In this document: positions 62,021-64,000 of the stretch, one piece after another
Numbering within the stretch: the stretch's first letter is position 1
How the letters are laid out: each line of letters begins with the position of its first letter
Assembly (NCBI RefSeq): GCF_030028105.1
Contig: NC_092385.1
Location: 54,919,433-54,983,432 of the forward strand
Length of the DNA: 64,000 nt
Direction: 5' to 3'
DNA from: Mobula birostris
Lineage: Eukaryota
Position numbers and translations under genes: made by a program
The notes under the pieces: generated by a model
Seen by the model: only the letters and a program-made list of their open reading frames with translations
Told to the model about the DNA's origin: nothing
Database searches by the model: none

Positions 62021-63039
62021 TTCTAGGACTACAGGACTCAAAATCATCTTTCTGATGTTTAATGTTCATTGAAAAATCATATTTTCTGAAAAATATAATT
62101 CCCTTCATTGTGTTTTCAGTGTCATTATGGCATATGTTAAAAATGAAGATGCTTCCATGATTGTGTGCAGTTGCAATCAAGGAGTTGAGCATGTTCCTCA
62201 AAGCTCCAGGTGTTGCTGCTCATCCCCACGTGCTTGCAATGGTTTTACATTTCACCTGATGCTGTCAGGTTGAATCGAACTCCATACGTCCGGAATGCGC
62301 AGACTCACAGTTCTGTCTCTGAACACCATGTAGATGACAAACCACAGAACTAGGTCTTCTGCGATTTCTTAGAATTTAGTTGGGAATTTTTATCTCTTCA
62401 ATCCCAAAACAAGCCACCCACACTCAGCCCTCCAGATCAATGTCAAAGTTGAGTTGATTGTCATAAGCCCAAGTACAGAGGAGCAATGGAAAACTTCCCA
62501 GCAGCATCATAGATACAGAGCTTCATTTTCATAACGTTCAGAAGGAAAACATAAATGATCCACGTTTTCCAGGAAAGAAGTCGGTCAGGACAAAAATAAA
62601 CAGTGTTTATTATAATGCATAGTGTTGCAAAACTGCAGTGATGAGATCAATGCAGGTTGGTTGAAAGGAAATAGCTGTTCTTGATACTTTGTTGCAGGAC
62701 TTCAGACTCATATTACGCCTGTTTTAAAGTACTCAACTGGAAAGTAATGAGGACATGAAAGCCGGCAAGTTAATTATTTATTTTCGACTTATTTCATGGA
62801 GGTGTTTTAATGAGAAACTTGATGGTTTCAGTTAATTTGTTCTCATATCTCAATTCTGCTGAAGCATTTCTTTAAAAATTGTATGCACCAATTTTAATAT
62901 TTTTAAAATGAATATCACAGGGAATTAAATACCTTAGTAAGAAGATGATCAGATTGACAGGAGTATTGCTGCTTATCATTTTGATCTCTCATAGTGTAGC
63001 ATTCCTTCAATACCACACTATCCCTCCCTTAGTAACATA

Positions 63040-64000
63040 CCACTGACAGTGCACCACCCCCTCTCACTCAGTACCACACAGTGACAGTGTGTCACTCCCT
63101 CAGTACCACACACTCATAGTGTATCACCCACTCGGTACCACACACTGACAGTGTATCACTCCCTCAGTACAACACACTCACAGTGTATCACTCCCTCCGT
63201 ACCACACACCGACAGTGTATCACTCCCTCAGTACCACACACTGACAGTGCATCACTCCCTCAGTACCACAAACTGACAGTGTATCACTCCCTCAGTACCA
63301 CAAACTGACAGTGTACCACTCCCTCGGCACCACATACTGACAGTGTATCACTCCCTCAGTAACACACACTGACAGTGTATCACTCCCACCGTTCCACACA
63401 CTGACAGTGTATCACTCCCTCAGTACCACACACTGACAGTGTATCACTCCCTCAGTAACATACACTGACAGTGTATCACTCCCTCAGTAACACAAACTGA
63501 CAGTGTATCACCCCCTCGGTAACACACAGTGACAGTGTATCACTCCCTCAGTACCACACAGTGACAGTGTATCACTCACTCAGTACCACACACTCACAGT
63601 GTATCACTCCCTCAGTACCACACACTGACAGTGTATCACCCACTCGGTACCACACACTGACGGTGTATCACTCCCTCAGTACAACACACTCACAGTGTAT
63701 CACTCCCTCAGTACCACACACTGACAGTGTATCACTCCCTCAGTAACACACACTGACAGTGTATCACTCCCTCGGTACAACACACTCACAGTGTATCACT
63801 CCCACCGTACCACACACTGACAGTGTATCACTCCCTCAGTACCACACACTGACAGTGTATCACTCCCACCGTACCACACACTGACAGTGTATCACTCCCT
63901 CAGTACCACACACTGACAGTGTATCACTCCCTCAGTAACATACACTGACAGTGTATCACTCCCTCAGTAACACAAACTGACAGTGTATCACCCCCTCGGT
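63040..64000. repeat. 32-bp minisatellite (CACTCCCTCAGTACCACACACTGACAGTGTAT), runs off the window end
   Basis: About 30 tandem units at 32-bp period. Confidence 0.95.

Noticed and set aside
62300-62372. Possible small minus-strand exon ending in a GTGAGT donor
   Set aside because: Weak acceptor and unrecognisable peptide in all frames; not supportable without RNA data
63040-64000. CRISPR-like array or V(D)J recombination signals (CACAGTG heptamers)
   Set aside because: Units are contiguous with no unique spacers; no nonamer at 12/23 spacing; eukaryotic minisatellite

Overview
Eukaryotic, repeat-dense intronic/intergenic DNA from a vertebrate, most likely a cartilaginous fish (ray/shark; inferred from the repeat families, not proven). 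No intact host protein-coding gene or exon could be recognised. Most of the window is retroelement debris: many CR1-clade LINEs (one with a near-intact ORF2 at 15431-18017), Rex1/Babar, RTE and L1 fragments, tRNA-derived SINEs, Penelope-like element (PLE) ends, Tc1/hAT DNA transposons and MITEs, a probable solo LTR and two minisatellites. Two things stand out. (1) A Gypsy-type LTR retrotransposon (6749-11000, minus strand) keeps both LTRs, PBS, PPT, gag, protease and the integrase tail, but its RT/RNaseH/integrase core is replaced by an intronless fragment of the host splicing-factor gene RBM25. (2) A dispersed family of PLE-derived ends and short palindromic mini-elements carries a minimal type I hammerhead ribozyme motif (CAGTC-CTGANGA-stem II-GAAACGTC-GACTG); some copies are bounded by target-site duplications. 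All family assignments were made by eye and from memory of consensus motifs; most boundaries are approximate.
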